Below are positions 1 through 9,358 of a stretch of 64,000 nt of DNA, piece after piece (position 1 is the stretch's first letter; the number at the start of each line of letters is the position of its first letter). A program made the position numbers and the translations under genes. Origin of the DNA: Planctomycetales bacterium (GTDB lineage: Bacteria; Planctomycetota; Phycisphaerae; SM23-33); the NCBI GenBank assembly GCA_030612725.1, contig JAUWNJ010000001.1, forward strand, positions 134,648-198,647, given 5' to 3'. A model generated the notes under the pieces. The model was not told the DNA's origin. It worked only from the letters and a program-made list of their open reading frames with translations, and did not search any database.

Positions 1-1326
1 GAATGATTTTGTCATTGCGAAGTTGGTGTTTTCCGTGGCCGGATCGAAGGCTATCCAGACTCGCGGCGGATTGGCACTGGTCAGGACCAATGCGCCCGAA
101 CCTATGCTGACGAGTCGCTTCTGCTGCGGCGCGCCGACCGGTTCCCATCCCGTAGCCCGACGAACGGCCACAGGTGATAAGTCAACACTCGCCAGAATGG
201 GATGATCGGACAGTACGTCGGCGTCGCGTAAGGCGAAATTTTCCGGCGACTTACCTTTCCGCCACCCCGTCGGCGGCGCGGGCGGGTCAATTACCACCGC
301 AGGCAGACCGGCGGCGGGTAACTTACCGATAGCGATAACGGCGTCGGCCTTGGTCGGGTCGGACACCAGGCGCAGGGCGGGATGTTTCCGAACGAAACGC
401 CGAATAAGCGGGTCAGGCCGGCCTATTATCGCCACGTCGGCCGTTACCTTCCGTCGCCGAACCGCATAGGCCCATGCATCAGGACCCACTCCCTGGTTGG
501 TAATAATGACCGAGTAATAATCACCCGCGCCGGATATTTCCATCACGAACGATTGTCGCCCTCCGGGCCGAAGGTCGTATTCGGGAAATACGGAACTGAC
601 GCCATTACCACTGACGATAACCATGCCCTGTTGTGGCTCGGCCATGTGGTTTCGCAATGCCACGAAGACCTGGACGTTTTTTTCGCCGATGTATCTGACG
701 GCGAATGCGTCGATAGTTACATTCCCCGGCCTGACGGGCAGGGCAATGGTGGTTGTATTGGGGCCGTCTTCGAGTTTCAGTGTTGCCGCAGCGAAACGGT
801 AAGTATGTTGGACGTCCCCGCTCATTACCGGAAGGGTCAGGTCTTCAGCGGCAACGGGGAGCGTGCGAACCTTGTATGCTCGCAGGGTTGCCTCGTGCGG
901 GCTGATAAAATCGCTCGTTCCACCCAAGACCGTTGGCAATATCAGGCGAACGCGGTCGTTGTCCGATAGTCGTTGCAGGAACGCGTGAGTGATTTCTCCG
1001 AGCGTCTCGTGTTCTTCATCCCCAAGCCACGTCAGTTCCGCCGATGGCCAGATGGCTATGGCGATGCGTCTTGCGGGTGCTTCGGAGTAGAACACAGGCT
1101 GCGACAGTGCGATTCCCGCCGCTGTTGCACCGGCCAGAAGCATCAGCCAGGCCGCTGAAATGCGTCGGGTCTTTTTCGCCGCCGGGCCAAGCGATTCGAA
1201 CGTTCGCTGCCAAAGTCGGAGGCTACCGACTGGAATTACCTTGTGCATCGGTCGGCGAAGCGCCCAAAACGCCGCCGCCGCCACCGGAACCAAAGATAAC
1301 AATGCCCATGGATAAATTAATTGCAT
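1..1326 (-). CDS. BatA-type N-terminal double-TM domain protein (partial, runs off window start)
   Basis: Not in the ORF track. My translation from ATG at 1326: MQLIYPWALLSLVPVAAAAFWALRRPMHKVIPVGSLRLWQR...AWLMLLAGATAAGIALSQPVF, typical of a BatA N-terminus. I translated only the N-terminal part; its absence from the track fits an ORF with no stop inside the window. Confidence 0.7.
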   Translation of the reverse strand, partial: MQLIYPWALLSLVPVAAAAFWALRRPMHKVIPVGSLRLWQRTFESLGPAAKKTRRISAAWLMLLAGATAAGIALSQPVFYSEAPARRIAIAIWPSAELTWLGDEEHETLGEITHAFLQRLSDNDRVRLILPTVLGGTSDFISPHEATLRAYKVRTLPVAAEDLTLPVMSGDVQHTYRFAAATLKLEDGPNTTTIALPVRPGNVTIDAFAVRYIGEKNVQVFVALRNHMAEPQQGMVIVSGNGVSSVFPEYDLRPGGRQSFVMEISGAGDYYSVIITNQGVGPDAWAYAVRRRKVTADVAIIGRPDPLIRRFVRKHPALRLVSDPTKADAVIAIGKLPAAGLPAVVIDPPAPPTGWRKGKSPENFALRDADVLSDHPILASVDLSPVAVRRATGWEPVGAPQQKRLVSIGSGALVLTSANPPRVWIAFDPATENTNFAMTKSF

Positions 1327-1346
1327 CTAAAAACCCGTCGGAAATT

Positions 1347-1455
1347 GTAGTCGGTAGCCGGTAGTCAGTAGTCAGGAAAAGAAGAAATAGTCGGATGTTG
1401 GATTCTTTTCTTCGTTTCTTTTTTACCGGCTACTGGCTATCGACTACGGGCTACT
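1347..1455. repeat. Inverted pair of 7-bp tandem arrays (GTAGTCG/GTAGCCG/GTAGTCA ... TACCGGC/TACTGGC/TATCGAC/TACGGGC)
   Basis: Four heptamers at 1347-1374 and about four complementary heptamers at 1424-1455 flank a purine-rich/pyrimidine-rich spacer. Confidence 0.8.
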
Positions 1456-1457
1456 AA

Positions 1458-2453
1458 TCACAATTGTCCCAAATTGTGTTTTTTGATAACCGCTCTGAGC
1501 AGGAGGTAGTTTTTTCCTTTGTAGCGATACACCTCTCCGGATATGTGGAAGATCGCCCCGAATCCCGTTCCTTTATTTGACAGCGTCTCCATTCGCTCCA
1601 GGTATATATTCGGAAGGACTCGCATGGGCGGTTCGCGCAGCGTATTGTCGGCCTCGAATGCGACGCGGGACCATTTTTGCCCTTTCTCGCGGTACAGCAG
1701 TCTTGCCAGCCTGTGAACGGTATTTTTCCCGGGTCCGGAGCGTAGCGTTTTGCCCGATGGTACGCCTGACGTCGAAGGTTCGACTTTGGGCAGTTTCGGC
1801 TTGATGTCCGGTACGATCGGTCGACTTGGCGTCTTGCCGAGCAATTCAGCGGCGACATCATCGGCGGAAGCCCCCGATGGTCTGCTCGTAGCCGGTTGGC
1901 TCGTTGGTTCGACGATGCTCACCACAGGCGGTTCGGCAGGCTTGCTTGTTGTCGTTGTCGTAGCCGGTTCGGTGGTCGGTCTGCTCGTAGCAGCCGGGGC
2001 GGACGAGGTCGATTTCGGTATCAGAAGCACCCGGTGCAGAAGCATGTAGTACCCGCCTCGATACCGGTGGACCTCGCCGGAGAGTTTGAATTTCGCTTTG
2101 GGGTTTTCGGGGAGTTCCTTTTCAAGAGCCTCCAGCGACTCGCACGGAAGAAGATACAGCACGCCCACTCGCGGGTCTTTTATTGTGTTCCACTTATCGG
2201 CGGGGTCCCTGGCGATAGAAGCGACCCGGTCGATAATCATCACGCCGCCCGGAAGCATCGCCCGCCGCCCGCGTGACGGTTTAATCGACGTCGGAAGTGT
2301 AATGGGAACCTCATTCTGGTCGAACGGAGCAATTCGTAGCCCGTTCGCCGGAACACTTGTCGGACTGGTTGAACGGTCGGAAGACTGCGCCGCAGCCCAA
2401 GCCGCTATCGCCAATGCACAAACCATCCAGAATATCCGCATCGGTAACTTCAT
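1458..2453 (-). CDS. Secreted hypothetical protein with a duplicated domain and Pro/Thr/Ser linker
   Basis: 331-aa ORF with signal peptide. FKLSGEVHRYRGGYYMLL recurs as FHISGEVYRYKGKNYLLL. Confidence 0.75.
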   Translation of the reverse strand: MKLPMRIFWMVCALAIAAWAAAQSSDRSTSPTSVPANGLRIAPFDQNEVPITLPTSIKPSRGRRAMLPGGVMIIDRVASIARDPADKWNTIKDPRVGVLYLLPCESLEALEKELPENPKAKFKLSGEVHRYRGGYYMLLHRVLLIPKSTSSAPAATSRPTTEPATTTTTSKPAEPPVVSIVEPTSQPATSRPSGASADDVAAELLGKTPSRPIVPDIKPKLPKVEPSTSGVPSGKTLRSGPGKNTVHRLARLLYREKGQKWSRVAFEADNTLREPPMRVLPNIYLERMETLSNKGTGFGAIFHISGEVYRYKGKNYLLLRAVIKKHNLGQL

Positions 2454-2616
2454 AATACCCTATTCCACAGACAACCATTCTACGACCGTCAGGCTCGACT
2501 GTTCAAGTCTATTGGCGCACGAGCGCGGGAAGTGCCCACTATATCGTAACCCCCTGTCGAAGATCCGCCGTGGCGGGGATGCGATTTCGGCAGTCCTTCT
2601 GCCGTCTGGATTAAAC

Positions 2617-3471
2617 TCAGGACCTGCGCCTGCGTAACATTGCCAGCCCGCCGATAGCCAGAAGCGACAGGCTCGCCGGTTCGGGAATGACTGCGACCCA
2701 GGCCTCAGTGTTACCACTGGGGTTGGTCCCGGTGCCCACGATGGTCGTCCCGTCGGTGGATACGCCTGTTGCCTGGGTCAAAGTCCAGCCGGTAAGGTCC
2801 ACGCCCAGGTCCGTCAGTACATCCATGAGGCTTCTCATGCCTTCGTCGGCATCCCAGACGAACGCCTCGGAGCCCGAGGCCGAGGTGCCCTGCCCGACCA
2901 CGACAGACCCGTCGGCAGAGACGCCTTTCGCCTCGCTGGAGAAATCGCCGCCCGGCAGGTCGCCCAAGCCAACCATCCCCCCGCCCGCCGTCCAGCGGAA
3001 CGCCTCCCAGCCCGATGCCGAGATGCTCCTCCCGACCACGACAGACCCGTCGGCAGAGACACCAAGCACCCAGCTGTAGAACTCGCCGCCCGTCAGGTCG
3101 CCCAGGCCAACCATCCCGCCGGCCGCCGTCCAGCGGTACGCCTCCAGGCCCGAGGCCGAGGTGCTCCCCCCGACCACGACAGACCCGTCGGCAGAGACGG
3201 CATACGCGCTGCTGGAGAAATCGCCGCCCGGCAGGTCGCCCAGACCGACCATCCCGCCAGCCTGCGTCCAGCGGAACGCCTCAGGACCCGAGCCCCAGTT
3301 GCCTGTCCCGACCACGACAGACCCATCGGCAGAGACGCCATACGCACAGCTCCAGAAAACACCGCCCGGCAGGTCGCCCAGGCCGGTAAAACTCACCGCC
3401 GCTGAGGCCCGCCCGGCCAAGACGCCCATCAGTATCACCGCCAGTAACAAAACAATCCACTTGCGCTCCAT
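2617..3471 (-). CDS. PEP-CTERM protein with HAF-type extracellular repeats
   Basis: Signal peptide from MERKWIVLLL (ATG 3471, used instead of the track start 3651). Four ~40-aa repeats GLGDLPGG..S.A.GVSADGSVVVG...EAFRWT. C-terminal IPEPASLSLLAIGGLAMLRRRRS. Confidence 0.9.
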   Translation of the reverse strand: MERKWIVLLLAVILMGVLAGRASAAVSFTGLGDLPGGVFWSCAYGVSADGSVVVGTGNWGSGPEAFRWTQAGGMVGLGDLPGGDFSSSAYAVSADGSVVVGGSTSASGLEAYRWTAAGGMVGLGDLTGGEFYSWVLGVSADGSVVVGRSISASGWEAFRWTAGGGMVGLGDLPGGDFSSEAKGVSADGSVVVGQGTSASGSEAFVWDADEGMRSLMDVLTDLGVDLTGWTLTQATGVSTDGTTIVGTGTNPSGNTEAWVAVIPEPASLSLLAIGGLAMLRRRRS

Positions 3472-3736
3472 GTTCAGTCTCCTTTTCCTTCGTTCTGAAG
3501 ATGTCCCATTTGTCCAACACCGACCCCTCTCTTTTAACTGCACTGCTTCCAAAGCGAGCCGGAGCCATGACGTATAGTATATCACACGTTGTCCCTTTAT
3601 CAAAAATCTCCTCAAAAAATTAGGGATTTTCGAGGTTAAATGGGGGTACAAAAGGCTTCACTCAACTACCCGAGGGGGTTACAATGTCTGGGCACTTCCC
3701 TATTGGCCCACGAGCGGTTTTGAGGTAATAGATGGC

Positions 3737-3953
3737 ATGATGGATAAATACGAGATAATCATTTTCTGGAGCGAGGAAGACAAGGCATATATCGCCGAGG
3801 TTCCTGAACTACCGGGCTGCATGGCCCACTGGCGACAGTCATGAGGCCGCTTTGGCCAATATCCGCTCGGCAGTGGAATTATGGATTGAAACCGCCAGGG
3901 AATTCGGCGACCCGATCCCCGAACCCAAAGGCCATCGGCTCGTCTTCGCGTAG
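3737..3953 (+). pseudogene. hicB: HicB-family antitoxin, frameshifted
   Basis: MMDKYEIIIFWSEEDKAYIAEVPELPGCMAH, then one extra base (~3830). The next frame continues GDSHEAALANIRSAVELWIETAREFGDPIPEPKGHRLVFA*. Confidence 0.8.
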
Positions 3954-3987
3954 AAATTAGTCGCTGTGGTTGCGGTGCTCGATCCGA

Positions 3988-4809
3988 TCAATCATCTTTT
4001 TTTGGTTTTTCCAGCAGCATTTTCTTCAGCAGTTTCGGTACGCCCATTTTCAATCGACCGGCGAAAGTAAATTTCTGACGTTGCCTGCTGATGATTCTCC
4101 GGGCGAAGGCCTTTGCTACTCCTTTTCCGTCGGCGCGTGCGCGGACTTTGAACATCGCGGTCTTTCCGGACGGGATGGGTTTCAGGTCCGGCTCGTTAAT
4201 CCGCATAACTACTTCGTCGCCGTATTTCAGAGCGCCGCTGAGTTCCTCCAGCGGTAGTTCGAACGTGTTGGGGTTATCTACTTCGAAGGACAGTTCCATC
4301 CATGACGGCGGGCCTTTGATATACCTGACCTTGCGGAACCGCCAGGACGGTTTCCGAAACGCCGGCATCAGACCGTTGCGAGATACGCGCACAGGTATCT
4401 TCAGGCCTAGAAAATGAAACTTCGACTCGGTGCTGAACCGGTACGGAATTTCCTCTTTCGCGCGAATTTTCGATAACAGCGGCGCCAAATTCGCAAATTC
4501 CACTGAAACCGGTACGCGGACGATTGACGTCTTATTAGCGGGCAAATTCATGACGGGCGTCGGCAGCGCGCCGTGGACGATCTCCGTACCAGCGGACGTA
4601 ACCTGGTAATTCAGGCTCGAAAAATTGAGTTCGAAACCATTGGGGTTGGTTACCTTCATATCGAAGAGAAGATCGATCTTCTTGAAATCGAAACCCCCCA
4701 CGTCGATACTGTGAATCTTGACAATGGGCGGCTTGACGCAGCCGACCGAGACGCTCATCAATAAGGCTGCGACGATTGCGACTGACGCTCTTTGGCGTGT
4801 CGTTCTCAT
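3988..4809 (-). CDS. LEA type 2 (WHy domain) lipoprotein, two domains
   Basis: Lipobox-like SVGC. Two copies of the V.NPN.FEL motif (VTNPNGFEL, VDNPNTFEL). Confidence 0.8.
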   Translation of the reverse strand: MRTTRQRASVAIVAALLMSVSVGCVKPPIVKIHSIDVGGFDFKKIDLLFDMKVTNPNGFELNFSSLNYQVTSAGTEIVHGALPTPVMNLPANKTSIVRVPVSVEFANLAPLLSKIRAKEEIPYRFSTESKFHFLGLKIPVRVSRNGLMPAFRKPSWRFRKVRYIKGPPSWMELSFEVDNPNTFELPLEELSGALKYGDEVVMRINEPDLKPIPSGKTAMFKVRARADGKGVAKAFARRIISRQRQKFTFAGRLKMGVPKLLKKMLLEKPKKDD

Positions 4810-4820
4810 CTTTTCGCCTC

Positions 4821-6896
4821 CTACTGGTTCGCCTGTCGAGTATAGTTCAACAATCCGCCGGCTGCGAGAATTTCACGCTGGCGGGCGCTGAGGTTGACCC
4901 GGCAGGTGAAATTGAAATCCTTTGTGGTGTTGCGGACGGTAACGGTTTCGGCGGAACCGACAACCTCTGCGACGTTTTCGATGATGAGTTGGTCGCCGGC
5001 GTCTATACGGTCGTAATCACCGGCCTGTTCGAAGGAAAGCGGCAGGATGGCGAAGTTGACCAGGTTTGCCTGGTGGATTCGCTCGATGGTTTTGGCGATA
5101 ACGACCCGGACGCCCAGGTACATCGGACACAGGGCTGCGTGCTCGCGCGACGAACCCTGCCCGTATGAATCGCCCGCGACGATAACGCCGCACCGCCCGG
5201 CCTGTTTGACCGACGTCGCACGTTCGGCGAAGGTTGGCTCGCCCGGTTCGTTCAGCGGCGCGAAGACGTGCTTTGCGTATTCCGGCACATTCGAGCGGAG
5301 TTTCAGCAGCGTCCCTGCCGGCATGATATGGTCGGTGGTAATCTTCTCGCCGACCTTGATGACGGTAACCCCGTCGATTTTTTCCGGCAGCGGTTCTCCG
5401 GCGGGCGGTTTGACGATTGTGGGGCCTCGAATAATTTTGACCTTGGCCGATTCGTCCGGCGGCAGCGGGGGGGTAATCATACCATCGTCAATCAGGAATT
5501 TTTCGACCTGCTGGATTTGCGGATACTCCGCAGACAGTTTTCGCGGGTCGGTGATTTCGCCCGTCAGGGCAGCAGCCACGGCGACCTCCGGCGAAACGAG
5601 ATATGTCTTGTCGCCCTTCGTTCCGGAGCGTCCGGCGAAGTTGCGGTTGAACGTCCGCAGGCTCAACCGACCGTCGCCCGGCGAGAAGCCCTGCCCGATG
5701 CAAGGTCCGCAACCACATTCCAGAATCCGCGCACCGGCGGCTACCATATCGCCCAGCGAACCGTTATCGACCAGCATCTTCAGCACCTGGCGGCTGCCCG
5801 GCGCGATGCCGAGTTCCACACGCGGGTGGACCTTGCGACCCTTAAGCACGGCTGCACACAACATCAGATCGCGAAGGCTGGAATTCGTACACGAACCGAT
5901 AAGCACCTGGTCCACCTTCGTTCCGGCCAGGTCGGTTATGGTTACGACGTTTCCCGGAGACGACGGCGCAGCGGCCATGGGTACGACGTCGGATAAGTCG
6001 ATTACGACCCTGCTGAAACTTACGCTGACCATACCGTCGTCTGGTTCGGATATTTCCGCGTCGGGGCAGTGCCTGCGGATGTTCTCGATAACGGCTGCGT
6101 CCTGCTCGGCGTCGAGGCGCTTGGTTATCCGGTCGTACTCGGCGTCGGCATCGGCCGACAGTGCGGTGAACTGCTCGGTACGTTCCTGGGCGGCGAGAAA
6201 AGCCTGCGTTGCCTCGTCGGACGGGAAAACACTGGTCGTTACGCCCAATTCCGCGCCCATGTTGGTACAGGTCGCACGGGCAGGAACCGAAAGCGACGCA
6301 ACGCCTTCGCCGCAGTATTCGACCACCGCGCCGACGTTGCCGCGAGTTGTCATAATGCTCAGCAGTTTCAGAATAATGTCCTTGGGCGTAACCCAATCGC
6401 TCAATCGGCCTTGGAGTTCCACAGCCACAACGGCTGGGCTTGTCAGATAGAACGCTCCGCCTCCCATTGCCACAGATACGTCAAGCCCTCCGGCTCCGAT
6501 TGCCAGAGCGCCTATTCCCCCGGCGGTGGGCGTATGCGAGTCGCTGCCAAGGAGCGTCCTGCCCGGCGCGGCGAATCGCTCAAGATGAACCTGGTGGCAG
6601 ATACCGTTACCGGGTCGGCTGTGATACGCCCCGACTTTCGCGGCTACGGACTGGAGGTACAAATGGTCGTTGTGGTTTTCGGGTCCGAACTGGGACATGT
6701 TGTGGTCCACGTAGCTGACCGACATCTCCGTCCGGACGCGCGGTACGCCCATCGCCTCGAACAGCAGGAATGCCGTCGTACCGGTGGCGTCCTGCGTGAG
6801 TGTCTGGTCGATGCGGATACCGATTTCTTCGCCGGTCTCCAGTTCGCCGTCAACGACGTGGGCGGCGAGAATCTTTTCCGTTAGTGTGCCTTGCAT
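4821..6896 (-). CDS. Aconitate hydratase (short, Aquifex/archaeal-like type)
   Basis: TQDATGT, DHN, GICHQVH, DSHT, GSCTNS, CGPCIG, TTDHIMPAG and YGQGSSREHAA motifs in one 691-aa chain. Confidence 0.9.
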   Translation of the reverse strand: MQGTLTEKILAAHVVDGELETGEEIGIRIDQTLTQDATGTTAFLLFEAMGVPRVRTEMSVSYVDHNMSQFGPENHNDHLYLQSVAAKVGAYHSRPGNGICHQVHLERFAAPGRTLLGSDSHTPTAGGIGALAIGAGGLDVSVAMGGGAFYLTSPAVVAVELQGRLSDWVTPKDIILKLLSIMTTRGNVGAVVEYCGEGVASLSVPARATCTNMGAELGVTTSVFPSDEATQAFLAAQERTEQFTALSADADAEYDRITKRLDAEQDAAVIENIRRHCPDAEISEPDDGMVSVSFSRVVIDLSDVVPMAAAPSSPGNVVTITDLAGTKVDQVLIGSCTNSSLRDLMLCAAVLKGRKVHPRVELGIAPGSRQVLKMLVDNGSLGDMVAAGARILECGCGPCIGQGFSPGDGRLSLRTFNRNFAGRSGTKGDKTYLVSPEVAVAAALTGEITDPRKLSAEYPQIQQVEKFLIDDGMITPPLPPDESAKVKIIRGPTIVKPPAGEPLPEKIDGVTVIKVGEKITTDHIMPAGTLLKLRSNVPEYAKHVFAPLNEPGEPTFAERATSVKQAGRCGVIVAGDSYGQGSSREHAALCPMYLGVRVVIAKTIERIHQANLVNFAILPLSFEQAGDYDRIDAGDQLIIENVAEVVGSAETVTVRNTTKDFNFTCRVNLSARQREILAAGGLLNYTRQANQ

Positions 6897-6931
6897 GGAA
6901 AAACTCCGAATTGTTTCCGTCCGGGTTTATT

Positions 6932-7690
6932 TTACCGGTTGCGACGGTATGTTTTTCTCGGTGGTGTTCCGTTCCAGTGTTCCAGCCAGAATTTCATCGC
7001 CACTTCCGGGTGCCGTTCATGCCCGCTGCCGGGAATGACTTTGGTGGTAACTTTGAAACCCGCCGATCGTAGGTAAGCGATGCCCTTCTCTGATTGGTCC
7101 TTAATCGTGCCCAGGTCGTTCTGGGTATAATAGACCATCACAGGCGTCTTGACGGCTTCGGGCGGATACCATCCGTCCAGTGCGTTGCGATTGAAATTAC
7201 CGCTGCGTGATACAACGACGGAGAAAATGTCCGGATGCCTCATCCCGATGAAATAGACTGGGAACCCTCCACCGGAGAATCCCGTCATCATAATGTTCCG
7301 CCGGTCGATGTTGTAGATGTAGTGCATCTGCCCGATAATGCTCATAATCAGGCATTCGTCGCGCAGGAGTTGATTGATGTCGCCTGCGCCGAGTATCCCG
7401 TCGGTGCTGGTGAGTTTCGGGCAGATGAGGAGACATCCGTAATTTTCGGCCAGCATCTTCCATTCACCGACATGGTGAGCGGCTACGTCGAACGGGGCGG
7501 TTCCGTGGCAGGAGACGATTACCGGCGTGGGTCTGTCACGACGGTAGGTGCTAGGGACGTAAAGGTAATACAGTCTTCCGGTAATAGGCTCGACCAGAAG
7601 CCTGGGGTCAACAGGCGTATTCTGATCCTGGGGCACGGCACAGCCTGCCAGGCACAACAAGACCAAACATATTGTCAGGAAAATACGCAT
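6932..7690 (-). CDS. Alpha/beta-hydrolase lipoprotein (PHB depolymerase/esterase-like)
   Basis: Lipobox LAGC, YLYVP..Y, SCHG, nucleophile GFSGG, C-terminal GSGH. Confidence 0.75.
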   Translation of the reverse strand: MRIFLTICLVLLCLAGCAVPQDQNTPVDPRLLVEPITGRLYYLYVPSTYRRDRPTPVIVSCHGTAPFDVAAHHVGEWKMLAENYGCLLICPKLTSTDGILGAGDINQLLRDECLIMSIIGQMHYIYNIDRRNIMMTGFSGGGFPVYFIGMRHPDIFSVVVSRSGNFNRNALDGWYPPEAVKTPVMVYYTQNDLGTIKDQSEKGIAYLRSAGFKVTTKVIPGSGHERHPEVAMKFWLEHWNGTPPRKTYRRNR

Positions 7691-8036
7691 CTCATTCGCG
7701 CTCGCACATTTATTTGTCCGGATGCCTTCGTGTGAACATAAGGTAATATAAAATCACGCCGCCAAAAAGCAAGCGCCGATGGAGCGCAGCATCGTCATCG
7801 GCATAGAGATATTTCCGCGTTGACTGGTCATAAATATTCACGATGTGATCAAAAAAACATCCGACAAAAAATCTTCAACGCATTTGTGCTAAAGTGAAGG
7901 CGCGCTTTGTGTCGAAAAAATTTTTAGTTAAAAGATTTTTTATGTTTGGAAAAAGTAAGCAGTCTGTGTAAAAAACTATTACGTGGTTTAATGGAAAACT
8001 TTTTTGGAAACACCTAACCCGAGAGGAGGTGGCAAA

Positions 8037-8252
8037 ATGGCAAAGAAGAAAGCCAAAAAGAAAGCCACGAAGAAGAAGGTAGCAAAGAAGACGACGACGA
8101 AGAAAAAAGCAACAAAGAAGAAAGTAGCAAAGAAAAAGGTAGCGAAGAAAAAAGTGGTAAAGAAAAAAGTGGTAAAGAAAAAAGCCACGAAGAAGAAAGT
8201 GGCGAAGAAAAAAACCGCAAAGAAAAAAGTAGCGAAGAAGAAAAAGAGATAA
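8037..8252 (+). CDS. Histone H1-like Lys/Ala-rich DNA-binding protein
   Basis: SD GAGGAGGT before ATG 8037. The 71-aa product is built of KKKVA/KKKAT pentapeptides. Confidence 0.85.
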   Translation: MAKKKAKKKATKKKVAKKTTTKKKATKKKVAKKKVAKKKVVKKKVVKKKATKKKVAKKKTAKKKVAKKKKR

Positions 8253-8308
8253 GTTCCACGGTTGAAAACAGCCGGAACGAAACATACGAGACCTGAAAGG
8301 GTTTCGTG

Positions 8309-8351
8309 AGCAGCAGGCGCCCTTGCCACGGCGGTGCCTGCTGCTTTTTTT
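8309..8351 (+). terminator. Rho-independent terminator after the histone-like gene
   Basis: AGCAGCAGGCGCC...GGTGCCTGCTGCT stem followed by a T run. Confidence 0.8.
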
Positions 8352-8431
8352 ATGCGCTTCGTAACACGAGCGAGACACCCGCGGGCACGTATGAACTTGC
8401 AGGGTCGGCAAACGGGCCTATAATATCGTGC

Positions 8432-9358
8432 GTGCGAACAATCGCTATAACCAACCAAAAAGGCGGCGTGGGAAAGACCACAACGACCGCCAATCTCGGT
8501 GCGGCCTTGGCTGGACGCGGAAAAAACGTCTGCCTTATCGATCTGGACCCGCAGGCACACCTCGCGATGCACTTCGGTATCGACCCGAAGACGACACAGG
8601 CGAGTATGTACGACGTCCTTACCTCCGATACGCCACTTACTCGCGCTGCCGTCGGCATCGAAAAAAACCTGACAGTCGTCCCGTCGGTAATCGACCTTGC
8701 AGCCGCCGAGGTCGAACTCGCCGGGGCCGTCGGGCGCGAGCAGATACTCCGCGACCGTATCACCGAAGAAAATCTACCGTACGATCTTATAATAATCGAC
8801 TGCCCGCCAAGCCTGGGTCTGCTGACGCTCAACTCGCTTGCAGCGGCGGACGAAGTCCTTATCCCGCTCCAGCCTCACTTCCTCGCCCTCCAGGGACTCG
8901 GACAACTCCTGGAGACCGTCTCGCTGGTGCGTCGTCGGATCAACCCGTCCCTGACCGTCGCCGGCGTAATCTTCTGCATGTTCGAGACCGGAACCCGCCT
9001 GTCGGGTGAAGTAGTCGATGACGTGCGGAACTTTTTCGCATCCGCGCGAGGCGGCGACGCGCCGTGGTCGCAGACGCATATTTTCCAGACTCGCATCCGA
9101 CGCAACGTCAAACTCGCAGAGTGCCCCAGTTACGGAACGACCATCTGGAATTACGACCCGTTGAGCCACGGGGCTGAAGACTACGCCGCTCTGGCAGATG
9201 AATTCCTGACCGCATTTATTAACGACGACGAAAATAACGCCGAGCAGGTAGAGCAGGACACCGCTATCGAGGTCGGTGAACCGGCTGTCGCCGGTGATGA
9301 AGCCGCCGCCGAACCTGTCGAACCGCAGGCAGCTCAATCCGCCGATACGCCACAATGA
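8432..9358 (+). CDS. ParA/Soj family ATPase
   Basis: NQKGGVGKTTT, IDLDPQA, IDCPPSLG, acidic C-terminal tail. Start taken at GTG 8432, because the upstream part of the track ORF overlaps the terminator. Confidence 0.9.
   Translation: MRTIAITNQKGGVGKTTTTANLGAALAGRGKNVCLIDLDPQAHLAMHFGIDPKTTQASMYDVLTSDTPLTRAAVGIEKNLTVVPSVIDLAAAEVELAGAVGREQILRDRITEENLPYDLIIIDCPPSLGLLTLNSLAAADEVLIPLQPHFLALQGLGQLLETVSLVRRRINPSLTVAGVIFCMFETGTRLSGEVVDDVRNFFASARGGDAPWSQTHIFQTRIRRNVKLAECPSYGTTIWNYDPLSHGAEDYAALADEFLTAFINDDENNAEQVEQDTAIEVGEPAVAGDEAAAEPVEPQAAQSADTPQ

Noticed and set aside
382..969. 195-aa plus-strand ORF, and other long antisense ORFs (e.g. 5047-6450, 30184-31716, 34037-35263)
   Set aside because: They lie opposite well-supported genes, which is typical of shadow ORFs in GC-rich DNA.
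2880..3385. 120-bp periodic DNA repeats as a mobile or CRISPR-like array
   Set aside because: They encode the 40-aa HAF-type repeats of the PEP-CTERM protein.
7875..8572. Phe-rich minus-strand ORFs (178 and 194 aa)
   Set aside because: Antisense shadows of the Lys-rich histone-like gene.
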